Below are positions 16,688 through 24,492 of a stretch of 26,664 bases of DNA, piece after piece (position 1 is the stretch's first letter; every line of letters begins with the position of its first letter). The notes beneath the pieces are model-generated. The model did not search any database. It was not told where the DNA came from and worked only from the letters and a program-made list of their open reading frames with translations. The translations under genes were made by a program, and so were the position numbers. The stretch is taken from positions 1 through 26,664 of the forward strand of contig CAYNQQ010000001.1 of NCBI GenBank assembly GCA_964399385.1. Reading direction: 5' to 3'. This DNA comes from an uncultured Candidatus Bathyarchaeia archaeon (GTDB lineage Archaea; Thermoproteota; Bathyarchaeia; EX4484-135).

Positions 16688-17389
16688 CTATCTCATCCTC
16701 GCCATCTTCCTCTCCCTTATCATCCTCGTCACGCGGTCGGTCAGGCCCTCGACGTGGGATTCCCTCTCTATCTTCATTATGGCCTCGACGACGAGCTCCT
16801 CGTCCTCGGGGCTCTTGCCCCTCACGAGTATGACGCCGTTCATGCCTATCGTTATCTGGCAGCCCGTCTCGCGCTTAAGCATGCTTATCATGGAGCCCTT
16901 CTTCCCTATGAGCCTCGGGACCTTGGAGGGCGTTATCCTCACTATACGGCCCTTGGTCACCTTGCCGAGGCCGGGCTCGTTCAGGGTGAGGAGGGGGTTC
17001 ATGGTCCTGTCGTAGGCCTTCACCTTGGCTATTATGGTGTCCCCCACGGACAGGAACCTGGCGAGCTCCTCCTTATCGGGCCTGAAGGGCCTTCCGAGGG
17101 CATCCACGGCCCTGAGTATCGCGAGCCTCGGGGCCCTTATATCGACGGCCCAATTGCTGACGCCCATATCGACCACATCCCCTATGACTACATCACCCAC
17201 CTTCGGCACGTAGAAGGCGTTTAGGGCTATGACGCTCACCTTCCGCTCCTCCTTGAGCTCGAAGAGGCCTACCCTCGTGGCGTAGAACCTATTGCCTATC
17301 CTATAGACGTTGTCGCCTGCCTCGTAATCCCCCTCGGCCAGCAGATCGCCCGGCACCACCAGCTCGCGCCTGTTGAAGAACAGGGTCAA
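16688..17389 (-). CDS. rrp4: Exosome complex RNA-binding protein Rrp4 (S1 + KH)
   Basis: VVPGDLLAEG, YVPKVGDVVIGDV, WAVDIRAP, KH motif KVPRLIGKKGSM, IGMNGVILV, AHV-like SHVEGLTDRV. Confidence 0.95.
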   Translation of the reverse strand: MTLFFNRRELVVPGDLLAEGDYEAGDNVYRIGNRFYATRVGLFELKEERKVSVIALNAFYVPKVGDVVIGDVVDMGVSNWAVDIRAPRLAILRAVDALGRPFRPDKEELARFLSVGDTIIAKVKAYDRTMNPLLTLNEPGLGKVTKGRIVRITPSKVPRLIGKKGSMISMLKRETGCQITIGMNGVILVRGKSPEDEELVVEAIMKIERESHVEGLTDRVTRMIRERKMARMR

Positions 17390-18084
17390 CCCTCACCCTC
17401 CACCAACGTTATTATGGCCGAGCCCTTGGTGAGCTCCCCCAGCTTCTCCAGGAAGGGCCCGTAGAGGCCAGCTGGCATCTCGAGTTCTACCTTCCAGGAG
17501 CCGTCTGTGCCCCATTCTTCCTTCAGTATCTTCCCGTAGTTCTTCACGACCCCATAGCAGCGCCCCACGTGCTGGGGCGGTATTATGGCCCTCACCACGA
17601 AGAGCTCCATGCTTATCGGCAGGACGGCCTTGAGGCGCTCTATGACCTCCCTGGCCTGTTCCTCGGCATCCCTGAACGGGTCGATCGGGTAGCCCACTTG
17701 CTCGAGGGCCTGCTCTATCCTCGTCGGTGGGTGGGGGAGCTTGGTCCTCGGGTCCACGCAGTGCCTCGATATGAAGGTTATTATCTGCCTCTTCTTCTCC
17801 TCTATGAGCTTCTTCCTCTGCTCGGCCGTTAGGAGGAGCTCTCCCTTCCTCAGGATGATCTCTATGGCCTTCATCACGTCATCTGTCCCGAAGGCCTTGA
17901 GGAGGGCCTCCCTCGAGGCCTTAAAGCCCTTCTTCGAATCCGTGTAGATGATGTCCATGGCTATTATCTCGTCTATGGGTACCTCCTTCCCCATCTTGAA
18001 CTCAAAGGCCTTGTCGGGGTCGACGAGCACCTCGAACCTCTCGCCGGCCTTCACGTACCTCACGACCGTGTATTTCTTGCTCAT
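17386..18084 (-). CDS. sbds: Ribosome maturation factor SBDS/Sdo1
   Basis: GERFEVLVDP, IYTDSKKG, AFGTDD, DPRTKLPHPPTRIE. Canonical position between psmA and rrp4. Confidence 0.96.
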   Translation of the reverse strand: MSKKYTVVRYVKAGERFEVLVDPDKAFEFKMGKEVPIDEIIAMDIIYTDSKKGFKASREALLKAFGTDDVMKAIEIILRKGELLLTAEQRKKLIEEKKRQIITFISRHCVDPRTKLPHPPTRIEQALEQVGYPIDPFRDAEEQAREVIERLKAVLPISMELFVVRAIIPPQHVGRCYGVVKNYGKILKEEWGTDGSWKVELEMPAGLYGPFLEKLGELTKGSAIITLVEGEG

Positions 18085-18098
18085 GACCGATTACCTCA

Positions 18099-18851
18099 TC
18101 AGGAGCCTGCTCTTGCCTTCTCTATGTAGGTTCTGACCTCCTCGTTTGAGAGGAGCCTGTACTTCTTCGTCTCGGCCGGTATGACGGCTATCCTTATCCT
18201 GGCCTCCTCCCTGCCGGCCTCGCCTCTCCCCTCCCCTCCGGCCTCTATGGATTTCAGCAGGCATTTCACGGCCAGGGTTATGGCCTCGTCGAGCGTCATG
18301 TCCTCCCTGTACTCCTTCTTCAATACTGACTCGGCTACCTCGCGCCCCTTGCCCATGGCCACGGCCTTGTAGGACCTGTAGAAACCGCCCGGGTAGGTTA
18401 TGAAGACCCTCGGCCCCGTCCTGTCTATCCCGCCTATTATCAGGCAGACCCCGAAGGGCCTGACCCCGGCGTGCTGGGTGTAGAGCTGTTTTATATCGCA
18501 GATCCTCTTGGCCACTATCTCGACGTCTATGGGCTCGTCGTAGAGCAGCCTGTTGCTCTGGGCGTATATCCTGGCCTGATCCACCAGGACGCGCCCATCT
18601 GACCCGAGGCCCACTATGGCCGCCCCTATGTGCTCGTCCACTTGGTAGAGCTTCCACTCGAAATCGGGGTCTTGGAGCTCCGATTCGAGCTCCTCTTCTG
18701 CCCCGAGGACGACCCCTTCTTTACATCTCACGCCTATGACGGTCCTCCCCCTGTTGACGGTCTCCATGGCGTACTCGACCTGGAATAGGCGTCCTTCTGG
18801 CGAGAAGACGGTTATCGCCCTGTCGTAAGCTCCTGGCATGGCGAATGCCAC
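18099..18851 (-). CDS. psmA: Proteasome subunit alpha
   Basis: AYDRAITVFSPEGRLFQVEYA, KLYQVDEHIG, SDGRVLVDQAR, YTQHAGVRPFGV. Start is GTG 18851 or ATG 18839. Confidence 0.97.
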   Translation of the reverse strand: MAFAMPGAYDRAITVFSPEGRLFQVEYAMETVNRGRTVIGVRCKEGVVLGAEEELESELQDPDFEWKLYQVDEHIGAAIVGLGSDGRVLVDQARIYAQSNRLLYDEPIDVEIVAKRICDIKQLYTQHAGVRPFGVCLIIGGIDRTGPRVFITYPGGFYRSYKAVAMGKGREVAESVLKKEYREDMTLDEAITLAVKCLLKSIEAGGEGRGEAGREEARIRIAVIPAETKKYRLLSNEEVRTYIEKARAGS

Positions 18852-18895
18852 AGTTTAGCACCTCCCGCTCCAGGGACTAAGGGGAAGCAGGGCTA

Positions 18896-18947
18896 TTTTA
18901 AAACCTTTGCGTGAACGAATAAGCCAGGGGCAGGCCAAGGATTATAT
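18896..18947. promoter_or_regulatory. Divergent promoter region between psmA and the wHTH operon
   Basis: Palindromic TTTTAAAA (18896-18903) and TTATAT (18942-18947) in otherwise GC-rich DNA. Confidence 0.5.
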
Positions 18948-18991
18948 CGGTGCCGACCGCATGTCATCAGGGCTCCCCGAGGTCAGAGGGC

Positions 18992-19456
18992 ATGGGAGAG
19001 GCCAGCGGGCTCGAGGAACTCTCCAAGAAATTGGATGAGGTCCTCGAGAAGCTGGACATGATAGAGAAGAGCCTGAGGGCCCTCAAGGAGCTCGGCTTCC
19101 TCCCCGACCTCATGGCGATAATCCTCGGCGGGACCGAGGTATGCTCGAGCCGCCTCAGGGCCCTTAGGAGGGCCCTGGTGGCCGAGGAGGTGCTGAGGCG
19201 GCTCAGGCCGGCCGATGATATATCAAAGCACATAGTAGAGGCCCTGGCGGAGGGAGGCCCCATGAACATATCAGAGCTCACGAGGGCCCTCAGGGCGAGG
19301 AGGGGGACGGCCTCCCGGAGGGTGGTGAGGGAGAGGCTCATGAGGCTGCTCGAGGAGGGCCTGGTGGTCGAGGTAGGAGGTTTCGGCCGGAAGTTCGACC
19401 TCCCCGTGGGTGGCCAGGCCCTGGCCAGGTCTGACCGGAAACGTGAAGAAGGATGA
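18992..19456 (+). CDS. Putative transcription regulator: N-terminal coiled coil plus C-terminal winged helix
   Basis: Heptads LEELSKKLDEVLEKLDMIEKSL; wHTH IVEALAEGGPMNISELTRAL...VVRERLMRLLEEGLVVEV. Start set at ATG 18992 (track start GTG 18950). Confidence 0.8.
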   Translation: MGEASGLEELSKKLDEVLEKLDMIEKSLRALKELGFLPDLMAIILGGTEVCSSRLRALRRALVAEEVLRRLRPADDISKHIVEALAEGGPMNISELTRALRARRGTASRRVVRERLMRLLEEGLVVEVGGFGRKFDLPVGGQALARSDRKREEG

Positions 19457-19842
19457 CCAAGCCACTTGGGACCGGGGTAGTTGGGGTGGGCGAGGAGCGC
19501 AAGAGGTGGAGGACCTCTGAGGCAGAGGAGGTGGCCGAGGTCATGTCGGCTCTGGCCGAGACCCTGCCCAAGCTCGTGAGGAACACCATAGCCATCCTCA
19601 TCTCCGAGGAGGCCGGGAGAAGGCTGGGCAAGGCCGTGGGCTCCTTCTACAAGGAGCTCGTGGAATCAGGAATTAACCCGAGCGAGGCCCTGAAGATGGC
19701 CAAGGAGTACATGGAGGGCCTGATGAGGCTCGAGGGGACCCTCCCGAGGCTCCTCGAGGTCCCGAAGCCCAAGGTCGAAATCGAGGAGGCTGAGGAAGGC
19801 GAGGAGGCCGGGGAAGCCAGGGAAGGTGAGGCAGAGAGATGA
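19453..19842 (+). CDS. Hypothetical all-helical protein with acidic tail
   Basis: ATGA overlap with the regulator; SEEAGRRLGKAVGSFYKELVESGI motif; Glu-rich C-terminus. Alternative start GTG 19486. Confidence 0.8.
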   Translation: MTKPLGTGVVGVGEERKRWRTSEAEEVAEVMSALAETLPKLVRNTIAILISEEAGRRLGKAVGSFYKELVESGINPSEALKMAKEYMEGLMRLEGTLPRLLEVPKPKVEIEEAEEGEEAGEAREGEAER

Positions 19843-20114
19843 GCTGGCTCCTCAGGAGCCTGAGGGGGCTGGTTAAGCTCTCCTCCACCTTTTTATCCCT
19901 TAGGCTATTCGCCCGCGGGAAACTCAAGGCATCGGTGAAGGCCTTCAGGAAGGAACTGGCTTCCCAGGGCCTCCCTCCCCAGGTGGTCGAGGACCTGGTG
20001 GAGCACTACCGGAGGCTGGGCGAGGACTTCGTGAGGTCCCTGCTCTCCAAGGGCATGACCGCCATCAGGGAGGCCGGCTTCCTGGCCGACATCACGAGGG
20101 AACTCCTTCGATGA
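19839..20114 (+). CDS. Hypothetical small basic amphipathic helical protein (91 aa)
   Basis: ATGA overlap with the previous gene; AFRKELASQGLPP motif resembles the motif in its upstream neighbour. Confidence 0.75.
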   Translation: MSWLLRSLRGLVKLSSTFLSLRLFARGKLKASVKAFRKELASQGLPPQVVEDLVEHYRRLGEDFVRSLLSKGMTAIREAGFLADITRELLR

Positions 20115-21525
20115 ACCTCCTGGCCAGTTCCTTGAAGGGCTCCAGGTCTATGGCCCTGCGGAGGAACACCATTTCATACTCGGGCGGTCCAGCCCCGTGC
20201 CAGGTGGCCGGGCAATGCATGAGCCATAGCTGGACGAGCCTCGCGAGTTTTATCCTCTCCTCGGCCGGGAGCCGGGCCCCAAGGTAGGTCTTCAGCTTCT
20301 CCCCGATATCGGGGAGCTCGAGGTCCTTGAGGGAGGGGGCCGTCACGACGAGGCCTCCCGTCGTGTCGCAGGCGTATTTCACGACCTCGTAGAAGTACTC
20401 GGCCGAGAGGAGCTTGGCCATGTTCGCGTAGACCAGGTCGGGTGCGTAGAAGCCCGAGCCCTCCGGGTCCTCATGCCCGTTCTCGGCCGCCATCCTGGCG
20501 CAGGCATATATGATGTTCCTCATGACGACCGCCCTGGTCAGGTAATCCCTTATGTGCCTCGCCCTCGAGGTCCCAAGCCCCTCGGCCGTGAGGGCCATGA
20601 TGCCTATTATTATGTCCATGAAGCCCGCTTTACACGAGCCCCCGCAAACCATCCTGTGTATGTTGGCGAACCTCGACACGAGCTTGGCCGCGTAGCCGAC
20701 CTCGCCGTAGAGGAAGACGTGGTCCCAGGGGACGAGGACGTCATCGAATATTATGGCGCAGGTCTCCCTGAAGCCGTAGGGTAGGTTGGGCACATCTGGG
20801 CCGCCCGCGAGCCTCATGGCCGTGTAGAAGTTGAACTGGCCCACGTACCTGACCCCCTCGGCCCCGGCCGGGACGGCACAGGCTATCGCGAACTTCTCCT
20901 CGCCCTCCCTAAGAGCTATGTTGGGTATCACCAAGTGGTAGTGGTTCGCCCAGGCCCCGCTCTGGTGGACCTTGCAGCCTCTTATCACCACGCCGTCTGA
21001 GCGCTCCTCCACGACCCTCACGAAGGCATCCGGCTGCTGGGCTGGCCTGAGGCTCCTATCGCCCCTCGGGTCGGTGACGGCCCCAGAGCACCTCAGGTCT
21101 CCGTCCTCGAGGCCCCTTATGAAGGCCCTGAGGCGCGAGTGGTAATCGGTCCCGAGCTCCTTGTCCATCTCCCAGGTCGTGGCCGCGAGAGCGGTGAGGA
21201 TATCGCAGCCCGGGCAGGCGTAATAGCAGGTCCCGAACTCCCTGGCGTAGATGAGGCCCATCTCTACCCTCTTGGCGAGGTCCTCCCTGCTCCTGTGGAC
21301 GCTTATGCTCCTGCTCACCTCGCGGCCCGTGAGGAAGGACCTGGCCGTCAGCACGCCCCTGTAGGCCGGGTCCTTCTCCATCTCGTAGGACCTCATCATG
21401 ACCCTGAGGACGGGGGAGGTCGCAGGATGCTCCATCAGGTCCTTGACGAGCTCCCCGCCCACGTAGACCTTCCTCTCGGGCTTCCTGACCGTCTCCAGGT
21501 ATTCCTCGGGCGATAGGAATACCAT
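20092..21525 (-). CDS. 4-hydroxybutyryl-CoA dehydratase (AbfD)/HpaB-family FAD protein, divergent Fe-S type
   Basis: EEYLETVR...KVYVGGE start, C100-x3-C104, AVTDPRGDRS, GCKVHQSG, FDDVLVPWDHVF, H290...C298, HGAG. True start is ATG 21525; the 734-aa ORF extension is antisense to thi4. Confidence 0.85.
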   Translation of the reverse strand: MVFLSPEEYLETVRKPERKVYVGGELVKDLMEHPATSPVLRVMMRSYEMEKDPAYRGVLTARSFLTGREVSRSISVHRSREDLAKRVEMGLIYAREFGTCYYACPGCDILTALAATTWEMDKELGTDYHSRLRAFIRGLEDGDLRCSGAVTDPRGDRSLRPAQQPDAFVRVVEERSDGVVIRGCKVHQSGAWANHYHLVIPNIALREGEEKFAIACAVPAGAEGVRYVGQFNFYTAMRLAGGPDVPNLPYGFRETCAIIFDDVLVPWDHVFLYGEVGYAAKLVSRFANIHRMVCGGSCKAGFMDIIIGIMALTAEGLGTSRARHIRDYLTRAVVMRNIIYACARMAAENGHEDPEGSGFYAPDLVYANMAKLLSAEYFYEVVKYACDTTGGLVVTAPSLKDLELPDIGEKLKTYLGARLPAEERIKLARLVQLWLMHCPATWHGAGPPEYEMVFLRRAIDLEPFKELARRFIEGVPS

Positions 21526-21555
21526 GGCTGGGCCCTGGCCCCGGCCTCCCCCCAG

Positions 21556-21583
21556 GCTAAAAAACTTGCGGAAAAAGATTAAA
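21556..21583. promoter_or_regulatory. Divergent promoter between the abfD-like gene and the small ORF-thi4 unit
   Basis: TTTTTTAG on the minus strand about 31-38 nt before ATG 21525; GAAAAAGA-TTAAAG (BRE/TATA) on the plus strand at 21570-21583. Confidence 0.55.
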
Positions 21584-21616
21584 GCCGAAAAGCCCATGCG
21601 TGTGGAGGTCGTGGGA

Positions 21617-21766
21617 TTGGGGCCCTGGGAGAAGAGGATAATGGGCTTCCTCATAGCCCTGCTCGGCCTCACCTTCTTAGGCCTCGGCCTGCACACAGGC
21701 CAGCTCCAGCTGGCCCTCAAGCTGGTGGTCAGAGCCCTAAAATCGGCTCTGACAGGCCTGGGGTGA
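21617..21766 (+). CDS. Small single-pass membrane protein (about 49 aa)
   Basis: WEKRIMGFLIALLGLTFLGLGL TM helix plus an amphipathic tail. GGAGGT SD 7 nt before TTG 21617; stop overlaps the thi4 start (GTGA). Confidence 0.6.
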   Translation: MGPWEKRIMGFLIALLGLTFLGLGLHTGQLQLALKLVVRALKSALTGLG

Positions 21767-22554
21767 TGCTTTTGGAGCTCGCCCAATTCAGGGAAGAGGA
21801 GATCACGAGGGCCATAATGAAGGCCGCCCTCGAGGACTGGCTCGAGATAACCGATGTAGATGTGGTCATAGCTGGCGCCGGCCCCTCGGGCCTCACGGCC
21901 GCCATCCACACGGCCAGATCTGGCCTCAGGACCGTGGTCTTCGAGAAGAAGCTGTCCTTCGGCGGCGGGATGGGGGGCGGGGGCATGCTCTTCCACAAGG
22001 CGGTCGTGGAGGAGCCCGCTCACGAGCTCCTGGCCGAGGTGGGCTGCAGGCTGAGGGAGGCGGGGCCCGGCCTCTACACGGTCGATACGGCCGAGATGAT
22101 AGCCAAACTCGCGTCCGCAGCCGTGGACGCCGGGGCCAAGATATTGCTCGGCGTCTCCATAGTGGACCTGATGTACAGGGCCGAGCCCGTGAGGATAGAG
22201 GGCGTGGTGGTTCAATGGAGCGCCGTGGAGCTCTCCGGCCTCCACGTGGACCCCATGGGCGTGAGGGCCAGGGCCGTCGTGGACTGCACGGGCCACGATG
22301 CTGAGCTCCTGGCCCTGGCCTCATCGAGGATACCGGAGCTCGGCCTCGAGCTCAAAGGCCATAAATCGATGTGGGCTCCCGAGGGCGAGAGGGCTGTCGT
22401 GGAGGCAGCCGGGAGGGTGTGCCCCGGCCTCTACGTGGCCGGGATGGCCGTCGCGACCCTCTACGGCCTGCCGAGGATGGGCCCCGTCTTCGGGGGCATG
22501 CTCCTCTCGGGCAAGAAGGTTGCGGAGGAAATCATAAGGGACCTGTCGTCTTAG
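21763..22554 (+). CDS. thi4: Sulfide-dependent adenosine diphosphate thiazole synthase (Thi4, His-type)
   Basis: DVVIAGAGPSGL, EKKLSFGGGMGGGGMLF, GLH161VDP, VDCTGHDA, GLPRMGPVFGGMLLSGKKVA. Confidence 0.95.
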   Translation: MMLLELAQFREEEITRAIMKAALEDWLEITDVDVVIAGAGPSGLTAAIHTARSGLRTVVFEKKLSFGGGMGGGGMLFHKAVVEEPAHELLAEVGCRLREAGPGLYTVDTAEMIAKLASAAVDAGAKILLGVSIVDLMYRAEPVRIEGVVVQWSAVELSGLHVDPMGVRARAVVDCTGHDAELLALASSRIPELGLELKGHKSMWAPEGERAVVEAAGRVCPGLYVAGMAVATLYGLPRMGPVFGGMLLSGKKVAEEIIRDLSS

Positions 22555-23066
22555 CCCCTCGTCTTGAGCTCCTCCGCCAGCCTCCTGATGAAGGATTTCA
22601 CCTTCTCCTTATCCCCCCTCACGAGGAGGAAGCCATCCGGCTGGAGTTCCGTTGAGACCCCCTCCCTCGAGGCCAGCTCCTCGAGCAGGTCGAAGGGTAT
22701 CTCGTCTGATACCCTTATCCTGACCCAGTGCTCGCCCCTCGGGAGGCCAGGCCTGAACCTCATCCCTGTCTCGGGGATTACCTCAGCCTCCGATAGGGAA
22801 GCCGATATCCTCTCTTCCCACCTCTTGGCCTCCCTCCGCCCCAGCCTCATCTCGGCCTCGGCCAGGAGGTAGAACTCCACGTTGGTGAGCAGCTGGTCCA
22901 CCGTGCTGGCGGCCCCCTCGCACTCCGGGCTTATCTTGAGGACCTCTATGAGCGATCTCGCGGACCTGAGGTCCCTCACCACATCGGGCGGTATATCGGC
23001 CCCCCTCGACCTGAGGAGGGTCAGTAGGTCCGAGAGGACCCTCCAGCGTCTCTCGAGACCCGACAA
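22551..23066 (-). CDS. DUF2096-like archaeal protein
   Basis: RWRVLSDLLTLLRSRGADIPPDVVRDLRSARSLI N-terminus and RFRPGLPRGEHWVRI, recalled as the DUF2096 pattern. TTG start with GGTGA SD. Confidence 0.7.
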   Translation of the reverse strand: MSGLERRWRVLSDLLTLLRSRGADIPPDVVRDLRSARSLIEVLKISPECEGAASTVDQLLTNVEFYLLAEAEMRLGRREAKRWEERISASLSEAEVIPETGMRFRPGLPRGEHWVRIRVSDEIPFDLLEELASREGVSTELQPDGFLLVRGDKEKVKSFIRRLAEELKTRG

Positions 23067-23100
23067 GCCTTTTCACCTCGAACCCCTGGTTTCGCGGGGG

Positions 23101-23141
23101 ATTTAAGCTGTTGGCACGGGACTTCACCGAGTATTTATATT
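23101..23141. promoter_or_regulatory. Divergent TATA pair for DUF2096 and GT28
   Basis: CTTAAAT (minus strand, 23101-23107) and TTTATATT (plus strand, 23134-23141), each about 30-40 nt from a start codon. Confidence 0.55.
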
Positions 23142-23168
23142 ACTGTTCCTCCAAGCCACGGCGCGGGC

Positions 23169-24359
23169 TTGAGGGCTTATTTCGCCCCCTGCGGCATAGG
23201 GCTCGGCCACGTAACGAGGTGCAAGGTCGTCTTAGATAGGCTGAGAACTCAAACCCCGGTGAGGGCCTTCTTCGCCACCTACTATGATGCCCTCCATTAC
23301 GCCAGGTCAGCTGGCCTCGATGTGCTCGAGATACCCCCGATGACCATAATATCCAAGGACACGGGGGAGATCGACGTCAAGGAGACCATACTTTACTTGG
23401 CCTCGAGGGGGAGGCTGGCGGCCATAGCCGTGAGCCAGCTTGCCTACGACCTGAAGTACATGGCGGCCGTGAACCCGGACGTGGTGGTATCGGACACGAG
23501 GGCCATGGCCATAATAGCCGCCAAGCTGCTCGGCATACCATGCGTCTGCATAACGAACCAGATAAGGTTCTACGTCCCGAGGAAGAAGAGGCTACTCAGG
23601 GTATCGAGGCTCACCGAGACCTCCATCTTGGCCTTGATAGGCCAGGTGTGGGCCATGGCTGACGAGATACTCGTGCCCGATTTCCCCGAGCCCTACACGG
23701 TCTGCTACATGAACCTTGAGGTCCCGGAGAGGCTGAGGAAGAGGCTGAAGTTCGTGGGGCCCATACTGTCCAAGAGGCCTGATGAGCTGCCCGGGAGGGA
23801 GGAGCTCAAGGAGAAGCTGGGCTTCGACCCGGATAGGCCCCTCATACTCGCTCCAGTGGCCGGGACGGAGAGGGACAGGAGCTTCTTCGTCAGAACGGTC
23901 TTCAGGATACTGAAGAAGATGGTATCCAAGGGCTACCAGGCCGTCCTAAGCCTTGGGAGGCCGGACCTCAAGCACAGGGTCTTCATGGATAAGGATGGCC
24001 TCAGGGTGCTCTACTGGATAAGCGATTTCCCGGCCTACCTCAAGGCCTCGGACGTGGTGGTGATGAGAGGGGGGCACACGAGCATAATGTATTGCATGGC
24101 CTACGGGAGGCCCATGCTCATAATACCCATGCCGAGCCATACGGAGCAGATGCTCAACGCCCTCAGGGTGAAGAAGCTCGGGGTGGCGAAGGTCATGCTC
24201 CAGGAGGAACTCTCCGTAGAGAAGGCGAGCAGGGCTCTCGAGGCCCTGATGGAGGACGAGTACCTGAGGTCCGCGAGAGCCGTCTGGGAGGTGGCATCCG
24301 GCCTCGATGGCGCTGGCGAGGTCGTCAAATCCATCTTGAGGCTGACGGGCGAGGCCTGA
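23169..24359 (+). CDS. GT-B glycosyltransferase, MurG/GT28-like
   Basis: CGIGLGHVTRC, PDVVVSD, VMRGGHTSIMYCMAYGRPMLIIP and HTEQ (UDP-sugar binding motifs). Confidence 0.88.
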   Translation: MRAYFAPCGIGLGHVTRCKVVLDRLRTQTPVRAFFATYYDALHYARSAGLDVLEIPPMTIISKDTGEIDVKETILYLASRGRLAAIAVSQLAYDLKYMAAVNPDVVVSDTRAMAIIAAKLLGIPCVCITNQIRFYVPRKKRLLRVSRLTETSILALIGQVWAMADEILVPDFPEPYTVCYMNLEVPERLRKRLKFVGPILSKRPDELPGREELKEKLGFDPDRPLILAPVAGTERDRSFFVRTVFRILKKMVSKGYQAVLSLGRPDLKHRVFMDKDGLRVLYWISDFPAYLKASDVVVMRGGHTSIMYCMAYGRPMLIIPMPSHTEQMLNALRVKKLGVAKVMLQEELSVEKASRALEALMEDEYLRSARAVWEVASGLDGAGEVVKSILRLTGEA

Positions 24360-24393
24360 CGGCAGGCTTATTAGATTCCGATGTCATATCCCT

Positions 24394-24454
24394 TGGGCCC
24401 GTGATGAGGACTTACCCGCCGGAGGGATGACGTGGACCCGGTTGGCTGAGCCCA
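24394..24454 (+). ncRNA. Archaeal box C/D guide sRNA
   Basis: Intergenic. Box C GTGATGA (24401-07), 12-nt guide, D' CGGA (24420-23), C' GGGATGA (24424-30), 15-nt guide, box D CTGA (24446-49), terminal stem TGGGC/GCCCA, upstream TTATTA. Weakness: the D'-C' spacing is unusually tight. Confidence 0.68.
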
Positions 24455-24492
24455 TGCTTATAGGCCGGGATGGCCTCTCCCGGCGGTGGGCG

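Noticed and set aside
18947-18970. Minus-strand CTGATGA...CCGA resembling half a C/D sRNA
   Set aside because: No C' or D box and no terminal stem follow; it runs into a TATA box.
20092-21525. Evidence for a 3HP/4HB or DC/4HB carbon-fixation cycle
   Set aside because: Catalytic residues appear substituted and no other cycle genes are adjacent.
21526-22296. N-terminal 257 aa of the 734-aa ORF, suggesting a fusion
   Set aside because: It is antisense to thi4 and the small ORF and crosses a promoter; family similarity begins at ATG 21525.
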